A DNA stretch of 43,573 nt from a virus (taxonomy: Duplodnaviria; Caudoviricetes), in IMG/VR virus record IMGVR_UViG_3300048577_000543, positions 1 to 43,573 of that record. One strand, 5' to 3'. The notes under the pieces are model-generated. The model saw only the letters and a list, made by a program, of their open reading frames with translations. It made no database searches and was not told the origin of the DNA. Position numbers and translations under genes: made by a program. Below are positions 17,201-25,854 of the stretch, piece after piece; the first letter of the stretch is position 1; every line of letters begins with the position of its first letter.

Positions 17201-17659
17201 ATGTCCTTTGACAAGAAACAGTTTCGAGACCTTATTACTGACGCTTTGAAGTCGGTAGACCTCTACTCGGAAGATGCTGTGGAACTCCTTATGCTGACTG
17301 CTGCCCAAGAGTCTGCCCTAGGGAAGTTCCTCAAGCAACAGGGTAGTGGCCCGGCCCTTGGAGTCTTCCAGGCTGAACCCGTGACCATTAAGGGCTATTG
17401 GGATTGGCTTGAACATAACAAGCCTGCCCTCAAGGCCAAGATTATCACGATGTGCGGTGAAGAAAGTCTCCTCGGTATGCGGGGCAATATCCTCCTTCAG
17501 ATTATCATGGCCCGTGTTCATTACCTGACGAAACCTGGGAACATCCCGTCTAAGTCTGACGTCCCCGGCATGGCTGCATACTGGAAGAAGTGGTATAACA
17601 CTCCTCTCGGTAAAGGCACTGTTGAGGAAGCAATCTCCAATTACAAGAAGTATTGCTAG
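17201..17659 (+). CDS. Endolysin, lysozyme-like/lytic transglycosylase fold
   Basis: TAAQES (candidate catalytic Glu), GPALGVFQ, YWKKWYNT..GKG; GAGGA RBS. Confidence 0.8.
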   Translation: MSFDKKQFRDLITDALKSVDLYSEDAVELLMLTAAQESALGKFLKQQGSGPALGVFQAEPVTIKGYWDWLEHNKPALKAKIITMCGEESLLGMRGNILLQIIMARVHYLTKPGNIPSKSDVPGMAAYWKKWYNTPLGKGTVEEAISNYKKYC

Positions 17660-17660
17660 G

Positions 17661-17843
17661 ATGATTGTTGTCCCGGTCCTCGCTACAGACCTTATTGACC
17701 AGCTTGAAGCTATCTACAAGCAACCAATCTTTGCTCCTGGAATGGACCATGAAGACCTTCTCTTCAAGGCTGGTCAATGGGATGTCGTCAATATGCTGAT
17801 TCAATCCCTTAAAACAAAGAAACAAAAGGAGGGCACCCCTTAA
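17661..17843 (+). CDS. Small protein at the start of the virion module
   Basis: LIDQLEAIY...LLFKAGQWDVVNML pattern; position upstream of the portal as in T7-like phages. Confidence 0.75.
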   Translation: MIVVPVLATDLIDQLEAIYKQPIFAPGMDHEDLLFKAGQWDVVNMLIQSLKTKKQKEGTP

Positions 17844-18167
17844 GTGTGTGGTGGTGGCGCTAAATCCAATATGATGTCTGTTATGTTGCAGCAACAAGCC
17901 CAACAGACCGCTCAAAGACAATTTGAAGAGCAAATGGCCTATACTAAGGAACAGCAAGCTAAGTCGGATGCCAGAACAGCGGCCCTTGATGCGGAGTATG
18001 CGGCTAAACAGAAGAAGGCCGATTTAACACCGGCAATAGATTCTGATTTTGAATCTGGAGTTGCTCTGACTGACCAAAACGATAGACTCCAAGGTACTAA
18101 GAAGTTTATTATTCCACTTGGTAAAACCCCTGTGGCCAGTACTACGGGCCTAAATGTCCCTGCTTAA
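17844..18167 (+). CDS. T7 gp6.7/7.3-like virion protein
   Basis: MCGGG N-terminus, TGLNVP C-terminus, directly before the portal; AGGAGG RBS, GTG start. Confidence 0.7.
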   Translation: MCGGGAKSNMMSVMLQQQAQQTAQRQFEEQMAYTKEQQAKSDARTAALDAEYAAKQKKADLTPAIDSDFESGVALTDQNDRLQGTKKFIIPLGKTPVASTTGLNVPA

Positions 18168-18190
18168 CATGGGAGGATAAGAAGTAAACT

Positions 18191-19807
18191 TTGGCAAAGA
18201 AGAAAACAACCTCAACTACTACACAAGCCTCGTCGAATGAGACCACAATAAAATCAGAGTTCTCCACGTTAGACACCAAAAGACAAACACTTCTTCAACG
18301 TGCCCGTGATTGCTCTGCTATTACCATTCCTAGTCTTCTGCCTCCTCAAGGCTCCAACGAGAACACCAAGCTCAATACCCCCTATCAGAGCTTCGGTGCC
18401 AGGGGTGTCAATAACTTAAGCGCAAAGCTCCTCCTGGCTCTCCTGCCTCCTAACTCTCCCTTCTTTAAAATGAGCATCCCTGATGCCGTGGCCAAGAAGG
18501 TCACTCTGAGTTCTGAACAGACAGACTACGCGCTGAGTCAGACGGAGAAAGCTATTCAAGCTTACATTGAAGCAAAGGCTCTCCGTGTTCCTGCATTCAC
18601 GGCTATTAAGCTGCTCGTGGCTACTGGAAATGCTCTTTGCTACCTCCCTGAAGAAGGAGGCATGAAGGTTTATAAGATTAACCAGTATGTAGTTCGACGT
18701 GACCCTATGGGAAATGTCCTTATGCTCATCACTAAGGAGCTTGTAAGCCCTGAGGCTATTGAAGATGAGCAGGTACGAAATCAGGCCTTATCCGCTGTTC
18801 AAGGTGGAGAAGGGGAGAAGTACGTCGAAGTCTACACCAAGTGCTGGCTTCAAGACAAGAAGTGGAACGTCATTCAGGAAATTGGAGATAAACCTGTACC
18901 TGGGAGTGACGGCACCTACCCTGTAGATGAAAGCCCTTGGATTCCCCTTCGCTGGTCGGCCCTGGAAGGGGAGGACTACGGTCGAGGTCATGTTGATGAG
19001 TACCTGGGAGACCTTAACGCCCTAGAGGGGCTGTCTCAGGCCATCCTTGAGAGTACAGCGGCAGCGGCTAAGTTACTGTTCCTTGTGAACCCTAATGGGG
19101 TAACTGACGCTAGGGACTTGGTTGATACTCCTAACCTCGGGTTTGCAACTGGTAGAAAGGAAGACGTATCTACACTTCAGTCAGACAAATACAATGACTT
19201 GAAGGTAGCCCTAGACGCAGCCATAAGGATTGAAGAAAGGCTTTCCCAAGCATTCCTTTTGAACTCCTCTGTTCAGAGGAAGGCGGAAAGGGTCACTGCT
19301 GAGGAAATCCGGTACATGGCCTCTGAGTTGGAAGAAGCCCTTGGTGGCATCTATTCAATCTTGTCCCAAGAGTTCCAACGACCTTTACTTATGCGGGTAA
19401 TGGCGCTGTTAAAGAGAACAGGCGGCATACCTAATCTTCCTAAAGACTCCGTTGATATGGTCATCACTACAGGGCTTGAAGCATTAGGCCGTGGCCATGA
19501 CCTCAATAAGTTAGTGCAACTTGGTGAAGTCATTTCTAAGGTGTTTGGTCCTGAGGTATTATCTCAAAACCTCATCGTAACTGGCTTCATTACCAGGGCC
19601 GGGACATCCTTAGGTATTGACATGGATGGCTTGGTTAAGCCTCCTCAGGATATGGCTCAAGAACAGCAAGATGAACAAATGAATGGAATGGCTGGACAGA
19701 TTATCCCTGGGGTAGCTCAAGAGGCTGTCAAAGGTATTGTCCAACAACAGGTCAACGCTCATGCGGCCAGCCTTCTCCCTAAACAAGCGTCTGCTCAAAC
19801 CCAATAA
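18191..19807 (+). CDS. Portal / head-tail connector (gp8)
   Basis: TPYQSFGARGVNNLSAKLLLAL, GEDYGRG, AERVTAEEIR, TGLEALGRG. Confidence 0.97.
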   Translation: MAKKKTTSTTTQASSNETTIKSEFSTLDTKRQTLLQRARDCSAITIPSLLPPQGSNENTKLNTPYQSFGARGVNNLSAKLLLALLPPNSPFFKMSIPDAVAKKVTLSSEQTDYALSQTEKAIQAYIEAKALRVPAFTAIKLLVATGNALCYLPEEGGMKVYKINQYVVRRDPMGNVLMLITKELVSPEAIEDEQVRNQALSAVQGGEGEKYVEVYTKCWLQDKKWNVIQEIGDKPVPGSDGTYPVDESPWIPLRWSALEGEDYGRGHVDEYLGDLNALEGLSQAILESTAAAAKLLFLVNPNGVTDARDLVDTPNLGFATGRKEDVSTLQSDKYNDLKVALDAAIRIEERLSQAFLLNSSVQRKAERVTAEEIRYMASELEEALGGIYSILSQEFQRPLLMRVMALLKRTGGIPNLPKDSVDMVITTGLEALGRGHDLNKLVQLGEVISKVFGPEVLSQNLIVTGFITRAGTSLGIDMDGLVKPPQDMAQEQQDEQMNGMAGQIIPGVAQEAVKGIVQQQVNAHAASLLPKQASAQTQ

Positions 19808-19819
19808 AGGATAACAAAG

Positions 19820-20686
19820 ATGCCTACTGAAACTTTCGAGGCTCCTGCCAATACCCTTGTCACTGAGGGAAACACTACCGGGGAACCGTCTGGCGACCAC
19901 GTTGAAAAGATGCTTGCCAAGGCTGAAGCTGGTACTGGCGTTGCGGTCACCCCGGAAGAGACCCTTTTGGCCGGGAAGTACAAGACCGAAACCGACCTGA
20001 AGGACGGCCTCATTAACCTCCTGACGAAAGACGGGAAGAGCCTGGAAGAGGTCTACAAAACCTTTGAGTCGGATGTGGGTAAGCCCAAAGAGGTGGGCTT
20101 GGAGATTCCTAAGGAAGAGAAACCTAATGAAGAGGCTCTCCCTAAGGTCGATGAGACCCCTAAGGACGGAACCAAAGAGACTCCTTCGGGCAAACTCGAA
20201 CTGGATAAATACACCACCGAGTTCTCTGCTGAGGGCACCCTGTCCAAAGCTTCCTACACCGAGCTTGAAAATCTTGGTCTTCCTCCTCAGATGGTGGACG
20301 CTTACATCGCCGGGCTTAAGGCTTCTGCCGCTCAACAGGCCTCCGAAATCTACGAGGTGGTTGGTGGCCCTGAGTCTTACCAACAGATTGTCTCATGGGC
20401 TACCGAGAGCTTGTCCCCTGAGGAAGTCACTGAGTTCAACAACATCATCACGACCGGGAACAGTCCCGCTATCAAGCTGGCCGTTCGGGGCCTTAAGCAA
20501 AGCTATTCGGATGCTAACGGGTCTCCCCCGAAGAACCTGATTAAAGGCACTGCGCCTTCCGTTGGGAACGCTGCCGGGTATGGCTCTATGGCTGAAATGA
20601 AGACTGACATGAGAGACCCTCGTTATAAGTCTGATGAGGCCTTCCGAAATACCGTCCAAGCCCGTCTCCGAAATTCTGATTTCTAA
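19820..20686 (+). CDS. Capsid scaffolding protein (gp9)
   Basis: LLAGKYK, VGGPESY..IVSWA, MRDPRY; acidic; between portal and capsid. Confidence 0.93.
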   Translation: MPTETFEAPANTLVTEGNTTGEPSGDHVEKMLAKAEAGTGVAVTPEETLLAGKYKTETDLKDGLINLLTKDGKSLEEVYKTFESDVGKPKEVGLEIPKEEKPNEEALPKVDETPKDGTKETPSGKLELDKYTTEFSAEGTLSKASYTELENLGLPPQMVDAYIAGLKASAAQQASEIYEVVGGPESYQQIVSWATESLSPEEVTEFNNIITTGNSPAIKLAVRGLKQSYSDANGSPPKNLIKGTAPSVGNAAGYGSMAEMKTDMRDPRYKSDEAFRNTVQARLRNSDF

Positions 20687-20721
20687 GTCTACATTCTCCT
20701 TTTAACTAGCCTAAGCCTTCC

Positions 20722-20788
20722 TAGAGGACTGCTGCGGTAGTTCTCTAAAAAGACACCTTATGCACAGTTATAAAGGGTGTCGTCTTTT
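20722..20788 (+). promoter_or_regulatory. Tandem hairpins in the capsid gene leader
   Basis: TAGAGGACTGC-TGCG-GTAGTTCTCTA (20722-20747) and GACACCTT...AGGGTGTC (20752-20781). Confidence 0.5.
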
Positions 20789-20855
20789 GTTGCGCCCTCT
20801 ATTTACCAAATCTCGAAAGTACAATCTTTAAACATAAAAGGAAAATTTACTCTAT

Positions 20856-21809
20856 ATGGCTAACGCTTCTGCAAATCGTATTGGTCAGATTAACTCTGCT
20901 GGTGATGACAAAGCTCTTTTCCTCAAGCTCTTTGCTGGTGAGGTCATTACTCAATTTGAGCAGAAGGCCTATACGCTCGACAAGCATCATGTTCGCACCA
21001 TTTCCAACGGCAAGTCTGCTTCCTTCCCGGTTGTCGGTAAGATGCCTGCCGCTCAGTATCACACTCCTGGTTCCGAAATCGTAGGCCAGAATGTGCCGGG
21101 TGCTGAGGTTATCATCACTGTGGATGCCTTGCTGCTGTCCCATGTGTTCATCGCGGACATTGATGAGGCCATGAACCATTATGACGTTCGGTCCATCTAC
21201 AGCAACATCATGGGTGAGAAGCTGGCTAACGCCTTCGATTTGAACATCATGCGCGAAATCATCCTTGGTGCCCGCATGGGTTCCGTGGTTACTGGCGGCG
21301 ACTCCGGTTCGTCCATTGTTGATGCGGCTCTTGTCTCTGCCACGGCTGATACCAAGGCTAACGCCTGGATTGACCGTATCTTCGAGGCTGCTGCTACCTT
21401 TGACAACAAGAACGCCCCCAAAGAGCGCTTTCTGGCCGTGAAGCCGTCCACCTACTATTTCTTGACCCGTTGGGTTGACGCCAATGGCTTCTCTCTGACC
21501 AACCAGGATTATGGCACTCAGGGTTCCGTTGCTGACGGCAATATTCTGAAGGTCGCGGGATTCACGATTGTTCCCTGCAACACCCTCCCGTCTATCGACT
21601 ACTCGACCGAGGCCTACCATGCTGTCAACGCTTCGACTACCCAGGCGATTGCGTGGACTCCTGATGCCGTTGGCACGGTGAAGCTCATGGACATGTCTGT
21701 GCAGTCGGATTGGGACATTCGCCGGCAGGGCACCCTCATGGTTGCTCGTTACGCGTATGGCCACAAGACCCTGCGCCAGGAGTGCTGTTACGAGTTCAAG
21801 TCCGCGTAA
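20856..21809 (+). CDS. Major capsid protein (gp10)
   Basis: ALFLKLFAGEV, RTISNGKSASFP, DEAMNHYDVRS, YGHKTLR.EC. Confidence 0.97.
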   Translation: MANASANRIGQINSAGDDKALFLKLFAGEVITQFEQKAYTLDKHHVRTISNGKSASFPVVGKMPAAQYHTPGSEIVGQNVPGAEVIITVDALLLSHVFIADIDEAMNHYDVRSIYSNIMGEKLANAFDLNIMREIILGARMGSVVTGGDSGSSIVDAALVSATADTKANAWIDRIFEAAATFDNKNAPKERFLAVKPSTYYFLTRWVDANGFSLTNQDYGTQGSVADGNILKVAGFTIVPCNTLPSIDYSTEAYHAVNASTTQAIAWTPDAVGTVKLMDMSVQSDWDIRRQGTLMVARYAYGHKTLRQECCYEFKSA

Positions 21810-21821
21810 TAAATAGATAAC

Positions 21822-21849
21822 CGACCTGGGTATGTCGTTAAACTGCCCA
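21822..21849 (+). other. Predicted H-type RNA pseudoknot downstream of the capsid gene
   Basis: S1 CGAC/GTCG, S2 TGGGTA/TGCCCA, 1-nt L1, 6-nt L3. Confidence 0.55.
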
Positions 21850-21877
21850 ATAACCCTAATAACAAATAGGAGGATAA

Positions 21878-22447
21878 TTGGAGTTTACCCCAACAACTGA
21901 ACTTGAGGCTGTCAATGACATGCTCCAGATGATTGGAGAACAGCCTGTGAACTCTTTGGATAACCCTGGGTTTCTTGCTGCTTCCTTGGCGAGGGTTCGT
22001 CTCCAAGCGGTCTCAAGGGCTATTCAGGCAAAAGGCCTAAATTGTAATTCCGAGGATTCGTACACACTGGCTAGGGCCGCTGATGGGACCATTCAAATCC
22101 CTTCCAATGTCCTTGAGCTTGACCCTGTGGATACATCAATCGACGGCGTTATGCGTGGTTCCAGACTATATGACAGAGCTAACCACACGTACTCTTTCGC
22201 TGGTGACGTACAGGTTAACGTCATTTTCTTCCTTGAGTTCGAGGAACTTCCTCAGACTGTCCGCAACTACATTACAATCAAAGCTGCCCGAGAGAATCTT
22301 GTCAAGACCATTGGTGCCGTGGATATCTATAAGATGACTGACCAAGAGGAGCGGGATGCTCTTGTTGCCTTTTCCCGAACTGAACTCAGGTCTCAAGACC
22401 TAAACTTAGGCACATCTTCCTCTGTCAGTAACATTTTAAAGAGGTAA
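21878..22447 (+). CDS. Tail tubular protein A (gp11)
   Basis: TELEAVNDMLQMIGEQPVNSL, RLYDR..HTY.F, FEELP...RNYIT.KAAR; AGGAGG RBS, TTG start. Confidence 0.95.
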   Translation: MEFTPTTELEAVNDMLQMIGEQPVNSLDNPGFLAASLARVRLQAVSRAIQAKGLNCNSEDSYTLARAADGTIQIPSNVLELDPVDTSIDGVMRGSRLYDRANHTYSFAGDVQVNVIFFLEFEELPQTVRNYITIKAARENLVKTIGAVDIYKMTDQEERDALVAFSRTELRSQDLNLGTSSSVSNILKR

Positions 22448-22570
22448 TTCAAAAAGTGACCTCGTAGGATGGCCTACAATGGAAGAGAGAACTTTTAATG
22501 ACTCATAGGCCATGGAGGAAGCTAAAACGCAACAGAAGACCGCTAATAGCGAAATGGTAGGGGTGTCTAA

Positions 22571-24640
22571 ATGGCTCTAGTTTCTAAGGCTATTCCTGGC
22601 CTTTACAATGGAGTTAACCAACAACCAGCACCAATTAGGCTTGATACCCAGTGTGAGGCTCAAGAGAATGCTTACGCCTCCCTCGTGGATGGCCTCATCA
22701 AGCGTCAGAACACAAATCACATTGCCAATCTATCCTCAAAAGCCGGAGAGAACTGTTTCGTCCATGTCATGAATCGGGACGATACTGAGCAGTACAATTA
22801 CACATTCACAAGTGACCCTGATGAACCCATTGAGATTTTCACCCTGGGAGGGGTAAAATGTAATGTTCGATATGGAACTCTCACAGATGCTCTTGTGTTC
22901 ACTGCTAATGCAGCTGTCAAAGACTACGCTAAGACTACTGACCCGACCAATCAGATTCGGTGCTTGACGATAGCGGACTATACCTTTGTTGTCAATAGGA
23001 CAAAAGTCACAGCTATGGGCACAACCCTTGATACGGGTGTCCAGACAGGACAGGTACAGACTTTTGCAAAGCTCCCATATGAGAACATCCCTGCCAACGC
23101 CATCTACGAGATTAGGGGGGATAGTACCTCTAAGTTTACGTCGTTTTACGTCCAGTACAATGGCGTAGTTTGGACAGAGCGGGTGAAGCCTGGATTGAAG
23201 TTGAACATTGATGGAGCCACCATGCCTCATAAGCTGGTTAGGACGGCCCTAAATGAGTTCACCTTTGCTCCTATTGTCTGGAATAATAGGCTCGTAGGGG
23301 ATGACTATTCTAACCCGGCTCCTTCTTTCATAGGTCAAGGAATCAACAACATCTTCTTCTTCAAGGGTCGCCTCGGATTCCTCTCAGGCTCCAGGGCATT
23401 TCTCTCCAGAACTACCGGATACTTTAACCTCTTTAGGTCTACTGTTCTGGATGTTCTTGATGATGACCCCATTGATGTTGACGCACAAAGTACCTTGCCG
23501 AACGCTGTGGTTAACCTTGAGGACTACGCACCATTTAACTCTCAGTTGTTTCTCATATCAAACAACCAACAGTTCATGCTTAGTTCTGGCAATACCATCT
23601 TAACGACTAAGACTGTAGCGATTACACCTGTAACTAACTTTCCTTTCAATGAAAAAAGTAACATAGCCGTCGCTGGTACTAATGTATTGTTCACACATAA
23701 CTCAGGTAACTATTCCTGTGTTCGTGAATATTTCGTCCAGCCTGACACGCTGGTTAACGATGCTGCTGACGTGACTTCCCATATCCCCAATTACATCCCC
23801 TATGGAACCACAAAGTTAGCCGTATGTAACAACATGGATACAATGTTTCTGCATACCTCGGCTGACCCATCCACCTTGTATGTCTACAAGTATTATTGGG
23901 CTGGTAGTGAGAAGCCTCAGAGCTGTTGGTCTAAGTGGTTATTTAGTGGAACCATCCTTGGAATGGGCGTCATTGATACTACCCTTTATATCATCATCAA
24001 GAGAGGCTCTGTTGTCTGTCTTGAGGCCATTGATATGAAGAAGCTAAATACCGGGACACTCGATTTTCGGATTCACCTGGATAGGCTCTGTAAGGTTGCA
24101 GGGGTCTATGACGCAATCCATGACAAGACGGTATTCAGTATACCCTATACTGAGTCCGGCTCATTGGTTTGTGTGCATCCTACCTCAGGTCTCGACCAGA
24201 CGCCTCTCCTAACAAAAATAAGTGATAGTTCTTATTCACTGCCGGGTGACGTCTCAAGTGATGCCTATTACTTTGGACTAGATTACCATTTTCGGTATGC
24301 GTTCTCAGAGTTCTACGTCAGAGATTCTCAGACAAAAACCCCGGACCTGACCTCAAACTTTCAGATGAGAACCATATCTCTCGGGTATGCAGACACCGGG
24401 TACTTTCAGTTATCCGTTAAGACTCCCTTTAGGGATGCCTTTGTGTCTGTCTTTACTGGCGTTCAAATTGGCAATGCCACTATTGGGGAGGCTGCTATTA
24501 GCTCTGGTATCCAGAAGTTCCTTCTCCTTGGAAAGAACCAGAAACTTGAAATAGTCATTCTCAATTCAACCTATCTTCCCTGTACTTTCCAAAGTGCGGC
24601 TTTCGAGTTCGATTACACTTGGAGGAGTAAGCCTATATGA
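22571..24640 (+). CDS. Tail tubular protein B (gp12)
   Basis: IPGLYNGVNQQP, GLIKR, ADYTFVVN, MPHKLVR, PAPSF, DDDPID, Q.CWSKW. Confidence 0.95.
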   Translation: MALVSKAIPGLYNGVNQQPAPIRLDTQCEAQENAYASLVDGLIKRQNTNHIANLSSKAGENCFVHVMNRDDTEQYNYTFTSDPDEPIEIFTLGGVKCNVRYGTLTDALVFTANAAVKDYAKTTDPTNQIRCLTIADYTFVVNRTKVTAMGTTLDTGVQTGQVQTFAKLPYENIPANAIYEIRGDSTSKFTSFYVQYNGVVWTERVKPGLKLNIDGATMPHKLVRTALNEFTFAPIVWNNRLVGDDYSNPAPSFIGQGINNIFFFKGRLGFLSGSRAFLSRTTGYFNLFRSTVLDVLDDDPIDVDAQSTLPNAVVNLEDYAPFNSQLFLISNNQQFMLSSGNTILTTKTVAITPVTNFPFNEKSNIAVAGTNVLFTHNSGNYSCVREYFVQPDTLVNDAADVTSHIPNYIPYGTTKLAVCNNMDTMFLHTSADPSTLYVYKYYWAGSEKPQSCWSKWLFSGTILGMGVIDTTLYIIIKRGSVVCLEAIDMKKLNTGTLDFRIHLDRLCKVAGVYDAIHDKTVFSIPYTESGSLVCVHPTSGLDQTPLLTKISDSSYSLPGDVSSDAYYFGLDYHFRYAFSEFYVRDSQTKTPDLTSNFQMRTISLGYADTGYFQLSVKTPFRDAFVSVFTGVQIGNATIGEAAISSGIQKFLLLGKNQKLEIVILNSTYLPCTFQSAAFEFDYTWRSKPI

Positions 24641-25125
24641 CCGCTCACAATACAGTGCGTCCATATAATCATCAAAAGGATTATGACAAGCTCCATGATA
24701 TGAAGCTTAAATCAACGGATATTAGGGAGCTTGAAGCGCTTCATCCTGGGGAAAGCATGGGATGTATTATAGCAAAGAGCATTGGGAATTCCACAAGCGT
24801 CTTTGTGGCTGAAAACAATAAAGGAGAGATTTGGGGTATCTTTGGTCTAGGTAAGGAGGAGAGCGGAGTTATGCTCCCATGGATGCTCTCTACGGATGAG
24901 ATTAACGCTAATCCTACCCTGACTCTTAAACACGCTCACTCTTGGCTTAAGGAAGTTCAAAAGACTTCCTATATCCTCTGCAATATTGTCTCTGTCGAAA
25001 ACTCAAACTCTATCCGCTTCCTTGAACATATTGGATTCAAATTCCTAACCAATGATGTTCATAACATCAACGGGGTTGACTTCATTATGTTCTATTGGAG
25101 CAAGGAGCCTATGAACATTGTGTGA
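24637..25125 (+). CDS. gp13-like internal virion protein (acetyltransferase-like)
   Basis: PWMLSTD, NIVSVENSNSIRFLEHIGFKF; synteny. Confidence 0.85.
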   Translation: MTAHNTVRPYNHQKDYDKLHDMKLKSTDIRELEALHPGESMGCIIAKSIGNSTSVFVAENNKGEIWGIFGLGKEESGVMLPWMLSTDEINANPTLTLKHAHSWLKEVQKTSYILCNIVSVENSNSIRFLEHIGFKFLTNDVHNINGVDFIMFYWSKEPMNIV

Positions 25126-25828
25126 ACCGATGACTCTAAGTATGGGCCTTGGCATGGGTGCTGCCCTCCTTAGTGCCGGAACGGGGATAATGTCTTCTAT
25201 GGCACAACAGGACGCTGTAAATTCAGCCAATGAAACAGCCCAACAGCAAGCCCTGTTTCAAAGTATGAATGACACGATGACCGCTAACCAGCAATCCTAT
25301 TGGGCTATGGAGCAAGCGAATCGTGCCGAAGACTCGGCTATGAAGAGTGCTGAGAATGACTACAAACTGCTTAACGAGCAAGAAGACCAGATTAATTCCG
25401 ATGCTGTCACTAAGTCTTTTGAGAGATTGCGGCAAGGACTCCGAGAACGCTCTAAGGTGATGGTGGCTGCGGCTGAATCAGGAGCTATGGGGCAGTCAGA
25501 ACAGACAGGAGAGGCTAATGTACTCTTTCAGACATCCTACGACCAAGCCCTTATTGAACAAGAGCGTCAAGATAAAGTCGCCTACTCTGAGGCACAAAAG
25601 GATGCAAACTCACTGAAGCTACGAGATAGGCTCAATGATTCGGACACTATGCGACTTCAGAGTAAGATTATTAAGGATACCGCTGTTACCACCGGGCTGC
25701 AACGACTTGCCAACGTGAAAACCTACTCCAATGTTAACCCTTTCGTGGAAGCGTTAAAGATTGGTGGTTCGTCTTTCTCCACTGGTATGAGTACCTATTC
25801 ATCTTCTAAGATAGCAACGAAAGTTTAA
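25118..25828 (+). CDS. gp14-like internal virion (ejection) protein
   Basis: MCEP N-terminus, Ala/Gln-rich, synteny. Confidence 0.8.
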   Translation: MCEPMTLSMGLGMGAALLSAGTGIMSSMAQQDAVNSANETAQQQALFQSMNDTMTANQQSYWAMEQANRAEDSAMKSAENDYKLLNEQEDQINSDAVTKSFERLRQGLRERSKVMVAAAESGAMGQSEQTGEANVLFQTSYDQALIEQERQDKVAYSEAQKDANSLKLRDRLNDSDTMRLQSKIIKDTAVTTGLQRLANVKTYSNVNPFVEALKIGGSSFSTGMSTYSSSKIATKV

Positions 25829-25854
25829 CATTTTAAAATAGGAGGCACCTTTAC

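Noticed and set aside
19610-21764. Long minus-strand ORFs opposite the scaffold and capsid genes (and similar ones elsewhere)
   Set aside because: Antisense shadows of strongly codon-biased genes; no protein motifs
21770-21812. T7 10A/10B-style capsid frameshift
   Set aside because: No slippery heptamer near the 3' end, and the alternative frames close within a few codons
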